A stretch of DNA of 64,000 nt from an uncultured Rhodobacteraceae bacterium (GTDB lineage: Bacteria; Pseudomonadota; Alphaproteobacteria; Rhodobacterales; Rhodobacteraceae). The number at the start of each line of letters is the position of its first letter. Within the stretch, counting starts at the first letter, position 1. Under the pieces are notes generated by a model. That model ran no database searches. It worked only from the letters and a program-made list of their open reading frames with translations, and was not told where the DNA came from. This document shows positions 8,913 to 18,612 of this stretch, one piece after another. The position numbers and the translations under genes are program-made. The stretch is taken from positions 7,822 through 71,821 of the forward strand of contig CANKZJ010000006.1 of NCBI GenBank assembly GCA_947488605.1, written 5' to 3'.

Positions 8913-10237
8913 CACAAACCGTTCTATTCGTAGATGATGAAGAAGAACTGCGTAACGCAACCAATCAAACGCTTATGCTGGCTGATCTACCCGCCAAAGT
9001 GCTTGATCGCGCTGAACTCGCACTGGCGCAGATCAGTCGCGGTTTTGATGGCGTTCTAGTCACGGACATTCGCATGCCCGGGAACGACGGACTATGGCTG
9101 ATGCGTAAGGTGCTAGAGATAGACCCGGAATTCCCAGTTATTCTAGTGACAGGTCATGGCGATGTGAACCTTGCCGTGCAATCGATGCGCGAGGGTGCTT
9201 ACGACTTCATTGAAAAACCATTTGCCCCATCCCGGTTGGTCACGACAATTCAGCGTGCCTTGGAAAAACGAAGGCTCACTATCGAGAACCGCGCCCTGAA
9301 ACGCGAGGTCGGTGGCCGTGATAAGCTGGAAGCACGTTTGATTGGGCGCTCGGATGCAATGGTTGCCTTGCGCAAGGAGGTCCGCACGATTGCAGCGACG
9401 GACGCGGATGTGCTGATTACAGGCGACACGGGCGTCGGCAAAGACGTCACAGCACATGCTTTGCATGATCTCTCCTCCCGTGGTCCGCATCCATTTGTGC
9501 ACATCAACTGTGCCGCCCTGCCCGTCGATCTGGTTGAAAGCGAACTTTTCGGGCACGAGGCGGGCGCGTTTCCCGGTGCCATGCGTGCCCGCTTTGGTAA
9601 GTTTGAATTTGCTCGCCAAGGCACCGTCTTTCTAGACGAGATCGATAGTTTGCCTGTGACTGTCCAAGCCAAACTGCTGCACGCAATCCAAGAGCGCCAA
9701 ATTACGCGACTGGGCGCAAATGATCCCGTCGCACTCGATATTCGCATCATTGCCGCCGCAAAAACCGACCTCGATGTTGCGGTGGCCGCGGGGGATTTCC
9801 GTGCTGATCTGCTTTACCGGCTCAACGTGGTGACGCTGAATGTGCCACCTCTCAACGCGCGACGCGACGATATCCCATCGCTGTTCTTGAACCTTGCAGC
9901 ACAAGCAGCCGCGCGTTATTCCAAGCAGCTTTCAGATGTCCCTGCGGATGTGCTGGCGCAAATGGCAACACGCGATTGGCCCGGTAATGTGCGGGAATTG
10001 CGCAATGCCGCAGATCGTTTTGTCTTGGGGCTTGAGCCTGCCATCGCAGCAAGCGCACAAAGTGCAAGCAGCCTTGCAGACCAAATAGCCGCCCATGAGA
10101 AATCATTGATCTTGGCCGCGTTAACATCTCAAAATGGAAGCCTTAAACAGACCTATGAAGCGCTAGGGCTGTCGCGAAAAGCGCTTTACGAGAAGATGCA
10201 AAAGCACGGGATCACCAAAACGGACGCGGACGCATAG
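8909..10237 (+). CDS. dctD: NtrC-family (bEBP) response regulator, DctD-like, with a variant GAFPGA loop
   Basis: Receiver domain (VTDIRMPGNDG), AAA+ core (GDTGVGKD, ESELFGHEAGAFPGA) and a C-terminal Fis-type HTH. The GAFTGA position reads GAFPGA at nt 9563-9580. Confidence 0.85.
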   Translation: MTQTVLFVDDEEELRNATNQTLMLADLPAKVLDRAELALAQISRGFDGVLVTDIRMPGNDGLWLMRKVLEIDPEFPVILVTGHGDVNLAVQSMREGAYDFIEKPFAPSRLVTTIQRALEKRRLTIENRALKREVGGRDKLEARLIGRSDAMVALRKEVRTIAATDADVLITGDTGVGKDVTAHALHDLSSRGPHPFVHINCAALPVDLVESELFGHEAGAFPGAMRARFGKFEFARQGTVFLDEIDSLPVTVQAKLLHAIQERQITRLGANDPVALDIRIIAAAKTDLDVAVAAGDFRADLLYRLNVVTLNVPPLNARRDDIPSLFLNLAAQAAARYSKQLSDVPADVLAQMATRDWPGNVRELRNAADRFVLGLEPAIAASAQSASSLADQIAAHEKSLILAALTSQNGSLKQTYEALGLSRKALYEKMQKHGITKTDADA

Positions 10238-10460
10238 CGACGTATGTCCCCTTTGTGACCCAAGCTTTCGCGCAATTGTCCCCTTTTCGACCCATCATTT
10301 TGCCAAACGCCGATCTGTTATCGCAAACAGTGTGAACAAGGCCTTGTTTTGATGTGCCCAAATAATGGACGTCCTTTCCATGCGGGCTAATTCACGCAAC
10401 AGTGATCTAGTCACCAACTGATCTGGGAGAGATCAGATAATTCTAGTGGAGGAACGACAA

Positions 10461-11441
10461 ATGAAAATTGCAGCGCTTATCGCGACAACAGCTTTGACAG
10501 CGACAACAGCATTCGCAGAAGGCCATACGGCCGACTGGCCAACCAGCTTTACAGTGGGCACAGCATCCCAAGGCGGTACATATTTCGCATACGGGTCAGG
10601 CTGGGCGAACCTGGTCGCAGAAGAGCTGGGCCTGACAGGTGGCGGCGAAGTCACGGGTGGACCAATGCAGAACATGGCGCTCGTGCACACAGGTGACGCG
10701 CAGTTCGGTATGACAACAATGGGTCCAGCGGCTGAATCCATTGCCGGAACAAACCCAATCGCACCAGGTCTGCAAATGACCAACGCCTGTGCGATGTTCC
10801 CAATGTACCAGACACCGTTCTCGGTGACTGCACTGTCGTCATCCGGCATTACATCCATCGCGGATATCCCTGATGGCGCGCGTATCGGTTTTGGCCCTGC
10901 TGGGTCCACATCAGACACATACTTTCCACGTATGATGGAAGAACTGGGCGTAAACTTTGAGCGTCGCAATGGTGGTTGGTCTGACCTTGGTGGTCAGTTG
11001 CAGGATGGTCTTTTGGACGTGATCGCATTCGCAGCCGGTGTTCCGGTGCCAGCCGTCAGCCAGTTGGAAGTGCAAACTGACGTGAACATCATTGAGTTCA
11101 CCGAAGAAGAGCAGGCGCAAATTCAGGCCGCTTTCCCTGTTGCGGCATTCGAAATCTCTGCGGACACATACACAACATTGGAAGCGCCAGCGCGTTCGGT
11201 GTCGATGTGGAATTTTGCGATTGCAAACTGTGATCTGCCAGCGTCCTTCGTGAAAGCAGCCGTGGACGTCGTGATGTCCGACAACGAGCGTATGGTGAAC
11301 ATTCACCGTGCCGCCCGTTCCACACTGCCAGAGAACTACACAAAGAACGCAGGCGTTCTGCCTTGGCACCCCGGTGCAGCCGAGTGGTTCATCGAGAACG
11401 CAGGCGCAGACATCCCTGCTGACCAGATCTTCGGGAACTAA
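10461..11441 (+). CDS. TRAP transporter solute-binding protein, TAXI family
   Basis: ATG 10461 is preceded by GGAGGA. The signal peptide is MKIAALIATTALTATTAFA. The TAXI-like motif TASQGGTYFAYGSGWA is present, and the gene is adjacent to a fused TRAP permease. Confidence 0.85.
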   Translation: MKIAALIATTALTATTAFAEGHTADWPTSFTVGTASQGGTYFAYGSGWANLVAEELGLTGGGEVTGGPMQNMALVHTGDAQFGMTTMGPAAESIAGTNPIAPGLQMTNACAMFPMYQTPFSVTALSSSGITSIADIPDGARIGFGPAGSTSDTYFPRMMEELGVNFERRNGGWSDLGGQLQDGLLDVIAFAAGVPVPAVSQLEVQTDVNIIEFTEEEQAQIQAAFPVAAFEISADTYTTLEAPARSVSMWNFAIANCDLPASFVKAAVDVVMSDNERMVNIHRAARSTLPENYTKNAGVLPWHPGAAEWFIENAGADIPADQIFGN

Positions 11442-11453
11442 ACCTTGATCACC

Positions 11454-11496
11454 CCGAGGCCGCGTTTCGCATGCGGCCTCGGACCCCTTGATTTTT
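11454..11496 (+). terminator. intra-operon GC hairpin (attenuator or RNA-stability element) between the TAXI SBP and permease genes
   Basis: CCGAGGCCGC (11454-11463) pairs with GCGGCCTCGG (11473-11482) around a 9-nt loop. It is followed by ACCCCTTGATTTTT. Confidence 0.5.
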
Positions 11497-11560
11497 CAGA
11501 CATGATTGATGCAGGCTGCACGTCCGTCAGGGCAGTCTATCCGCATGCGAGGACCACACG

Positions 11561-13780
11561 ATGACAACCGACAAAACACTAGACGACCAAACCGAAGGCC
11601 CTGTTCTGGCTGACGGTGTCGACGAAGAACCGGTTGAACATAACCGCCGCATATTTACGGGAAACAAGTACCTCGCGATCGCTGCAATCTCGGGCTTTTA
11701 TGCTTTGTTTCATATGGCGGCCCTGAACGGTTGGTCGATCCGTGGCTGGACTGGCGTCGACATCCCGTTCTTGCCTGTCTTCCCAATGGAGACTTGGAAT
11801 TTTCGGATCGTGCATATTGCGGGTGCGCTGATCTTAGGCTTTTTACTATATTCCGCGCGTGCCTTTCCTGACGACGAAAATGATAAGCGCGATCCGCTGT
11901 TCTACGTGTCCAACCTTGCCCTGTTTGCCGCTATGTACGCCAGCTATACCGCGATCACATTCGGCTTTGATATTCGTGGCGGCGTTATGTGGAACGGCAT
12001 TGACGAAGGTATTCGCACAGCCGAAATTTACCACTATGGTCTACCACTTTTGGTCGCAACGGCTTTGGGCATCGTGCTTGGTTGGGTTCAGCCAAGGGTG
12101 CGTGGCAAAATCGCTTCACCTGATCTTGTGCTTGGCATGTGCGCTATCGCCGTCGCAATCTACCTCATCACGATCTTTGGCACGCTAATGCGGAACTCTA
12201 CCGGAACTCCATTCGCACCAATCGGGATGAGCCTTGCCGCCGTCGCAGGCACCGCTTTGATCATGGAACTGACCCGCCGCGTTGCGGGCATGGCCTTGAT
12301 CATTATCGCAGGTGTGTTTCTCGTGTATGTCTTCGTGGGTGATATGTTGCCCGGATTTCTGAACGCACCCGACATCACATGGGAGCGCTTTTTTAGCCAA
12401 GTCTACACCGATGCAGGTATCTTGGGGCCAACCACAGCCGTGTCATCAACCTACATCATCTTGTTCATCATCTTTGCAGCCTTTTTACAGGCATCAAAGG
12501 TCGGTGATTACTTTGTGAACTTCGCCTTCGCAGTCGCGGGTCGCGCACGCGGTGGTCCTGCAAAAGTGGCGATTTTTGCATCCGGCCTGATGGGCATGAT
12601 CAACGGTACATCCGCAGGTAATGTTGTGGCTACTGGTTCGCTGACAATCCCATTGATGAAAAAGGTCGGATACAAACCCACGACCGCGGGTGCCGTTGAA
12701 GCTGCTGCATCAACCGGTGGTCAAATCATGCCGCCGATTATGGGCGCTGGCGCGTTCATCATGGCCGAGATTACGGGTATTCCGTACACCGACATTGCCG
12801 TTGCTGCGATCATTCCCGCGATCTTATATTTCGTGTCCATCTACTTCATGGTCGATTTTGAAGCGGCGAAACTGGGCATGCGCGGGATGCGCGAAGACGA
12901 GTTGCCCAAGGTCAAAGACATGATCCGCCGTGTGTTCTTGTTCTTGCCGATCATCATTTTGATCGCAGCCTTGTTCATGGGGTATTCGGTCATCCGTGCA
13001 GGTACATTGGCCACCGCCGCTGCTGCCGTCGTCAGTTGGTTTACACCTTACCGCATGGGCCTCAAATCAGTCAGTAAAGCATTTGAGTTGGCAGGTATTA
13101 TGTCAATCCAGATCATCGCGGTCTGTGCGTGTGCCGGTATCATCGTGGGTGTGATTTCACTGACAGGTGTTGGCGCACGGTTCTCATCCGTGCTGCTGAA
13201 CATCGCCGAGGCAAACCAACTGCTCGCATTGTTCTTTGCGATGTGTATCGCCATTCTGCTGGGCATGGGTATGCCGACAACGGCTGCGTACGCGGTGGCC
13301 GCATCGGTCGTCGCTCCGGGTCTTGTGCAACTTGGCATCCCGCTTTTGACGGCACACTTCTTTGTCTTCTACTTTGCCGTTGTCTCAGCCATCACGCCAC
13401 CTGTGGCCTTGGCCAGTTATGCCGCCGCGGGGATATCAGGGGCGAACCCGATGGCCACATCGGTGGCCTCCTTCAAGATCGGTATCTCGGCTTTTATCGT
13501 GCCCTTCATGTTCTTCTACAACGGTGCGATCTTGATGGACGGGACATGGTTCGAGATTATCCGCGCCGGTGTCACGGCGGTCGCTGGCGTGTTCTTGTTG
13601 TCGTCGGGTGTACAAGGTTGGTGGGTCGGTGACCGCGCCGCTTGGCCAATCCGGATCGGACTGCTGTTTGCTGCACTTTGTATGATCGCTGGCGGTTTGG
13701 TCACGGACCTGATCGGGATTGGATGTGCTGTGGCACTTTACTTCTTTGCGCAAGTCTCACGACCAAAAGTCGCAACATAA
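11561..13780 (+). CDS. TRAP transporter fused permease (TAXI-type 4TM/12TM fusion)
   Basis: A 739-aa polytopic membrane protein preceded by GAGGA. Its length and hydrophobic pattern fit fused DctQM-like TAXI permeases. Confidence 0.85.
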   Translation: MTTDKTLDDQTEGPVLADGVDEEPVEHNRRIFTGNKYLAIAAISGFYALFHMAALNGWSIRGWTGVDIPFLPVFPMETWNFRIVHIAGALILGFLLYSARAFPDDENDKRDPLFYVSNLALFAAMYASYTAITFGFDIRGGVMWNGIDEGIRTAEIYHYGLPLLVATALGIVLGWVQPRVRGKIASPDLVLGMCAIAVAIYLITIFGTLMRNSTGTPFAPIGMSLAAVAGTALIMELTRRVAGMALIIIAGVFLVYVFVGDMLPGFLNAPDITWERFFSQVYTDAGILGPTTAVSSTYIILFIIFAAFLQASKVGDYFVNFAFAVAGRARGGPAKVAIFASGLMGMINGTSAGNVVATGSLTIPLMKKVGYKPTTAGAVEAAASTGGQIMPPIMGAGAFIMAEITGIPYTDIAVAAIIPAILYFVSIYFMVDFEAAKLGMRGMREDELPKVKDMIRRVFLFLPIIILIAALFMGYSVIRAGTLATAAAAVVSWFTPYRMGLKSVSKAFELAGIMSIQIIAVCACAGIIVGVISLTGVGARFSSVLLNIAEANQLLALFFAMCIAILLGMGMPTTAAYAVAASVVAPGLVQLGIPLLTAHFFVFYFAVVSAITPPVALASYAAAGISGANPMATSVASFKIGISAFIVPFMFFYNGAILMDGTWFEIIRAGVTAVAGVFLLSSGVQGWWVGDRAAWPIRIGLLFAALCMIAGGLVTDLIGIGCAVALYFFAQVSRPKVAT

Positions 13781-13803
13781 ATCCTTAGCGGACAAGTTTT
13801 ATG

Positions 13804-13846
13804 AAGGGGAGCGCCACGCAAGTGTTGCTCCCCTTTGCTTATTGGT
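13804..13846 (+). terminator. rho-independent terminator candidate after the TRAP operon
   Basis: AAGGGGAGC (13804-13812) pairs with GCTCCCCTT (13827-13835). It is followed by a T-containing tail, TGCTTATTGGTTT. Confidence 0.5.
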
Positions 13847-13976
13847 TTCAAAGGTATTTTGATGTCTTTGGCCCACAGAGGGTTTCACTTTCAAAACGCT
13901 ATTACACTCGGTCAAGAAATGCGCTATCTGCATTCGGAACCGCCAACACCAGTGACTGGCAATCGGGAAATACACT

Positions 13977-14957
13977 TTGATTGAACTCACCACCTACGAG
14001 CTCTTTGTTCTTGCTGCTGGCGCGATGGCATTTGGGCTTTACCTATTGATCAAAGGTGGTGATTGGACCATCGATGCCGCCGTTTTCATGGCCGAGCGAA
14101 CCGGGCTATCCCCACTTTTCATTGGTGCCACTATCGTATCATTCGGCACGTCTGTTCCTGAACTTTTCACGTCGGTAAACGCCAACCTCTCTGGCTACCC
14201 CGGCATTGCATTGGGCAATGTGCTTGGCTCCAACGTCGCGAATATCCTGCTTGTTTTGGGTGCCACGGCTTTTGTTTTCTCGGTGACTGCCAGCCCAAAG
14301 CACCTGATCAAAGACCTTGCCATGATGCTTTTTGCGACAGGTATCATGGTCTACGGGATGCTGTCTGGTAGCTTTAGCCAGGTCTTTGGTCTGATCATGT
14401 TCGCTATTTTGGCCACCTTTGTTTTCTATCAATACAAGACCGACAGCATCGAACTTGAAGAAGATGACGATGATGATGCAGGCCCCGGCATCAGCACCAT
14501 GAAAGGTGCGGCCCTCGTGCTGCTTGGAGGCCTTGCAGCTCTCGCCGTCGGATCAGAGCTTCTGGTGAAAGGTGCTGTGCAAACGGGTACCGCCATTGGT
14601 GTACCAGAAGCGGTCATTGGCATGACTGTCGTGGCGTTTGGAACATCGTTGCCCGAACTTTCCACTTGCATCGCTGCGGCGCGCAAACAGTCCGTTGGTT
14701 TGATCCTGGGCAATATCATCGGATCAAACACATTCAATATTCTGTCGATCATTGCACTGACAGCGATTATCGCACCTTTGGATGTCGACCCGGTTCTTCT
14801 AGGAATGGAGCTTTGGGCGACAGTTGCTGTCGCAGTTCTTTTTGCAATTTGGATGTTGACGGTGGGCAGGCTAACGCGCCCGATGGGGATTGTGATGATG
14901 GCTGCCTACGTCGTGTTTATCGCCGTTCAGTACTTACAGCCGCAGATGGTGACCTGA
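13977..14957 (+). CDS. calcium/sodium antiporter (CaCA/YrbG family)
   Basis: Two alpha-repeat motifs are present (GTSVPELFTS and GTSLPELSTC) with an acidic central loop (EEDDDDD). TTG start; its position is uncertain. Confidence 0.85.
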   Translation: MIELTTYELFVLAAGAMAFGLYLLIKGGDWTIDAAVFMAERTGLSPLFIGATIVSFGTSVPELFTSVNANLSGYPGIALGNVLGSNVANILLVLGATAFVFSVTASPKHLIKDLAMMLFATGIMVYGMLSGSFSQVFGLIMFAILATFVFYQYKTDSIELEEDDDDDAGPGISTMKGAALVLLGGLAALAVGSELLVKGAVQTGTAIGVPEAVIGMTVVAFGTSLPELSTCIAAARKQSVGLILGNIIGSNTFNILSIIALTAIIAPLDVDPVLLGMELWATVAVAVLFAIWMLTVGRLTRPMGIVMMAAYVVFIAVQYLQPQMVT

Positions 14958-14992
14958 CGTCCGAAAACTCAAGAAAAGTAAGGATTTCACGC

Positions 14993-16393
14993 ATGAGCAA
15001 CGCAGAAATCGGCCTCATTGGCCTTGGAACAATGGGCGCGGCCCTTGCTTTGAATATTGCCGACAATGGCTTTGACATTGCGGTCTGGAATAGAACGACT
15101 GCAACAACGCATCAGTTTCACAAAGACGCCGGGGATTTGGCCGCGCGCATCACGCCGACCGACGACTTGGAAGGCCTTGTTGCGGCAATCAAAGAACCCC
15201 GCGCCATCATTTTGATGGTACCAGCAGGTCAGGCGGTCGATGATCAAATCAAGGCATTGCGCCCGCTTTTGGGCGAAGACGATATGATCATCGATGCGGG
15301 GAACGCAAATTTCCATGATACCAACCGCCGTGCACAAGACGCCGGTGATCTGCCATTCCTTGGTATTGGCGTATCTGGTGGCGAAGAAGGTGCGCGTTTT
15401 GGCCCCTCTGTCATGGGTGGCGGCAAACGTGCGCATTGGGACCGTGTGGCCCATATCATGACAGCGATTTCAGCTAAACATAACGATGAACCTTGCGCCA
15501 CTTGGATGGGTGAAGAAGGTGCCGGCCATTTCGTCAAAGCCGTGCACAACGGGATCGAATACGCCGACATGCAAATGATCGCCGAGATATACGGGATCAT
15601 GCGCGACGGGTTATTGATGGATACTGCCGCCATCTCGGACACGTTTGCCACCTGGGATAAGGGGCCGTTACGCAGCTATTTGATTGAGATATCGGGTAAA
15701 GTCGCCGGAGCGACAGATCCCAAAACAGGCAAGCCAATGCTGGATGTCATTGTCGATGCCGCAGGCCAAAAAGGCACAGGGCGCTGGACAGTTATCGAAG
15801 CACAACACCTCGCGGCCCCGATCCCAGCCATTGAAGCCGCCGTTGTTGCGCGCAACTTGTCATCACAGCGCGACGCGCGGGCAGCCGGAGAAGCGCTCTT
15901 TGGCCCTGCACCACACCGTTTCGCCCATGATATGATGCCATTGGCAACACTGGAGGAAGCGCTGATCGCAGGCAAAATCCTGTGCTATGCGCAAGGCTTT
16001 GGTATGATCGAAAAAGCATCGAAAGAGTTCGGATGGGCCCTGCCCTTGCCCGCGATTGCCGAAGTTTGGCGCGAAGGCTGTATTATCCGGTCCGAAATGC
16101 TTGATGATATGGCGACTGCATTGCGCGAAGACCCTGATCGTAATCTGATGACGGCACCCTACTTTGCGGACATCTTGAAAAAGACCCACGGTGCATTGCG
16201 TCAAGTCGTGGCCCATGCCGCATTACACGGCCTTCCTCTGCCAGCGCTGTCATCGGGATTGGCATATTTCGATGCGATGCGCACGGCACGCGGCACTGCG
16301 AATATGATCCAAGGCCAGCGCGATTTCTTTGGTGCACACGGCTTTGAACGTGTTGATGGCGGGTCTGGACATCACGGACCGTGGGGGTCTTAA
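14993..16393 (+). CDS. gnd: NADP-dependent 6-phosphogluconate dehydrogenase (decarboxylating)
   Basis: ATG 14993 is preceded by AAGGA and gives MSNAEIGLIGLGTMGAALALNIADNG. The upstream part of the 575-aa track ORF overlaps the antiporter gene and is not coding. Confidence 0.92.
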   Translation: MSNAEIGLIGLGTMGAALALNIADNGFDIAVWNRTTATTHQFHKDAGDLAARITPTDDLEGLVAAIKEPRAIILMVPAGQAVDDQIKALRPLLGEDDMIIDAGNANFHDTNRRAQDAGDLPFLGIGVSGGEEGARFGPSVMGGGKRAHWDRVAHIMTAISAKHNDEPCATWMGEEGAGHFVKAVHNGIEYADMQMIAEIYGIMRDGLLMDTAAISDTFATWDKGPLRSYLIEISGKVAGATDPKTGKPMLDVIVDAAGQKGTGRWTVIEAQHLAAPIPAIEAAVVARNLSSQRDARAAGEALFGPAPHRFAHDMMPLATLEEALIAGKILCYAQGFGMIEKASKEFGWALPLPAIAEVWREGCIIRSEMLDDMATALREDPDRNLMTAPYFADILKKTHGALRQVVAHAALHGLPLPALSSGLAYFDAMRTARGTANMIQGQRDFFGAHGFERVDGGSGHHGPWGS

Positions 16394-17076
16394 CCCAAGG
16401 CGTAGCCTGCACCACGCACAGTCCGCACAGGATCATCGCCACCGTTTTGGGTCAGGACCTTGCGCAAGCGCCCCACGTGGACGTCAACGGTGCGGGTGTC
16501 GACGTAGATGTCACGCCCCCAAACCCGGTCAAGCAGCATATCGCGTGACCAAACGCGCCCCGGTTTTTCCATGAAAGTGGTCAAGAGCCGGAATTCCGTG
16601 GGCCCCAGCTTTAACGGATGATCGTTTCGCGTCACCCTGTGGGTTTCGGCATCAAGCACAATGTCGTCGTATGTCAGAACCTGCCCCACGGTTGACGGCC
16701 GCACACGCCGCAACTGCGTGCGCACACGCGCCATTAACTCTGAGACCGCATATGGCTTAACCACATAGTCATCCGCGCCGGTTTCAAGTCCGCGGACCTT
16801 GTCCACTTCCTCGGACCGCGCGGACAGCATGATGATAGGGATCGCGCGGGTGTCGGGTTTCACCTTCAGGCGGCGACAGACCTCAATGCCGGACAAGTTC
16901 GGCATCATCCAATCCAGCACAATCACATCCGGCGCATCTTCCTCGACGCAAAGCAAGCCTTCCTCGCCATTGTCAGCGCGGGTCACACGAAACCCTTCGG
17001 CCTCAAGGTTATAGGCCAGAACTTCACGTTGCGCGGCCTCATCTTCAACAATCAGAACATGGGGTTGTTGTGCCAT
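16390..17076 (-). CDS. phoB: phosphate regulon response regulator
   Basis: A receiver domain plus an OmpR-type winged helix (..TVDVHVGRLRK..), sitting at the end of the pst-phoU block. Confidence 0.92.
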   Translation of the reverse strand: MAQQPHVLIVEDEAAQREVLAYNLEAEGFRVTRADNGEEGLLCVEEDAPDVIVLDWMMPNLSGIEVCRRLKVKPDTRAIPIIMLSARSEEVDKVRGLETGADDYVVKPYAVSELMARVRTQLRRVRPSTVGQVLTYDDIVLDAETHRVTRNDHPLKLGPTEFRLLTTFMEKPGRVWSRDMLLDRVWGRDIYVDTRTVDVHVGRLRKVLTQNGGDDPVRTVRGAGYALG

Positions 17077-17080
17077 TGGA

Positions 17081-17788
17081 TTAGCTCGGGTCTGTCACAT
17101 AAGCTGTTTTGTCACCCTTTGGACGGGCTTCATCAGGCATTTCACCCGTTACCAGATAGATGACCTGTTCGGCCATGTTCGTCGTCAGATCACCCATTCG
17201 CTCAATATTCTTGGCCATGAAATGCAAGTGCATGCAGGCGGTAATGTTCCGCGGGTCCTCCATCATGAAGGTCAGAAATTCGCGAAACAGCGCGTTATAC
17301 ATCTGATCAACTTCTTGATCGCGTTGCCGCACATCTTCGGCCAGTTCCGCGTCACCGCGCACATAGGCATCAAGTGTGTCTTTCAACATCCCCTCAACTT
17401 CGCGCGCCATGCGGCGCAGCGCGGCGTCTGATCCATTCACGGGGTTCATTTCGACAACAACACTGGTGCGCTTGGCGATGTTTTTGGCATAATCACCGAT
17501 GCGTTCCAACGATGCGGCAAGCCGAAGCACTGTAAGAACGGACCGTAAGTCTTTGGACACAGGGGCGCGTAACGCAATCGTACGCGCAGCCTCTTCATTG
17601 ATCTGGATTTCCAGCGCATCAATCGCTTTGTCACCAGCGCGCACCTCTTCGGCCAATTCCACGTCACGGTCGGCAAGTGATTTGGCCGCCTTGAGGATCG
17701 CGTCTTCGACAAGGCCACCCATTTTCATGATCAGGGTGGTGATACCTTCGAGATCGCGGTCATACGCCGACGAGATATGTTCGTTCAT
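17081..17788 (-). CDS. phoU: phosphate signalling complex protein PhoU
   Basis: Duplicated PhoU repeats (ERIGDYAKNIA and ERMGDLTTNMA). Confidence 0.93.
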   Translation of the reverse strand: MNEHISSAYDRDLEGITTLIMKMGGLVEDAILKAAKSLADRDVELAEEVRAGDKAIDALEIQINEEAARTIALRAPVSKDLRSVLTVLRLAASLERIGDYAKNIAKRTSVVVEMNPVNGSDAALRRMAREVEGMLKDTLDAYVRGDAELAEDVRQRDQEVDQMYNALFREFLTFMMEDPRNITACMHLHFMAKNIERMGDLTTNMAEQVIYLVTGEMPDEARPKGDKTAYVTDPS

Positions 17789-17800
17789 AAAACCTGCTCC

Positions 17801-18601
17801 TTACCCGATCCGGCCGGAAATATAGCTTTCCGTGCGCGGATCTTGCGGGTTGGTAAATATTTTGTCTGTTGTGTCGTATTCCACAAGATTACCGAGGTGG
17901 AAAAACGCGGTGCGCTGGCTGACGCGGGCCGCCTGCTGCATGGAGTGCGTGACGATCACCACCGAATAGCTTTGGCGCAACTCATCGATCAATTCCTCAA
18001 CCTGTGCCGTGGCAATAGGGTCAAGGGCCGAACAAGGCTCGTCCATCAACAAAACCTCTGGGGCCGTCGCAATCGCACGTGCAATGCAAAGACGCTGTTG
18101 CTGACCACCTGAAAGACCGGTTCCGGGCGAGTCCAATCTGTCCTTGGCTTCATTCCAAAGAGCTGCCTTGCGCAGCGATTTTTCAACGATCTCGTCCAGA
18201 TCAGCCTTGTTGCGCGCAAGTCCGTGAATCTTTGGGCCATAAGCCACGTTGTCGTAGATCGACTTGGGGAACGGGTTTGGTTTTTGGAATACCATACCCA
18301 CCTTGGCGCGCAACTGCACCGGATCAACCTTGGGATCATAGATATCTTCGCCATCAATACGGATATCGCCGGTTACACGCGCCACATCAATCGTGTCGTT
18401 CATCCGGTTGATACAACGCAGGAAAGTCGATTTACCGCAACCTGACGGTCCGATGAATGCCGTGACTGTTTTGTCTTCAATCTCGACGTCCACATCTTTG
18501 ATGGCATGGTTATCACCATAATAGACCTGCACGCCCTTAGCGGAAATCTTGATGTCTTGTTGGGCACTCATTGCACGATCCATATGTATCATATCTTCCA
18601 T
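17801..18601 (-). CDS. pstB: phosphate ABC transporter ATP-binding protein
   Basis: Walker [10 protein letters not shown], signature [14 protein letters not shown]. An AGGAG Shine-Dalgarno lies inside the pstA 3' end. Confidence 0.95.
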   Translation of the reverse strand: MEDMIHMDRAMSAQQDIKISAKGVQVYYGDNHAIKDVDVEIEDKTVTAFIGPSGCGKSTFLRCINRMNDTIDVARVTGDIRIDGEDIYDPKVDPVQLRAKVGMVFQKPNPFPKSIYDNVAYGPKIHGLARNKADLDEIVEKSLRKAALWNEAKDRLDSPGTGLSGGQQQRLCIARAIATAPEVLLMDEPCSALDPIATAQVEELIDELRQSYSVVIVTHSMQQAARVSQRTAFFHLGNLVEYDTTDKIFTNPQDPRTESYISGRIG

Positions 18602-18612
18602 TGTCAGCTCTC

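Noticed and set aside
10366-10397. Sigma54 promoter candidates upstream of the TAXI SBP (TGGACGTCCTTTCCA at 10366, and GG/GC pair at 10384/10396)
   Set aside because: The first has the wrong GG-to-GC spacing and no GC at -12. The second keeps only the GG and GC dinucleotides. Neither is convincing, and the DctD GAFPGA variant makes sigma54 dependence itself uncertain.
13799-13993. 64-aa minus-strand ORF in the TRAP/antiporter spacer
   Set aside because: It has no ribosome-binding site or motif, and it spans the terminator hairpin and the antiporter start. It is probably spurious.
14666-14992. N-terminal 109-aa extension of the gnd ORF in the track (575 aa)
   Set aside because: It overlaps the antiporter gene in another frame. 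The canonical Gnd N-terminus, with a ribosome-binding site, begins at 14993.
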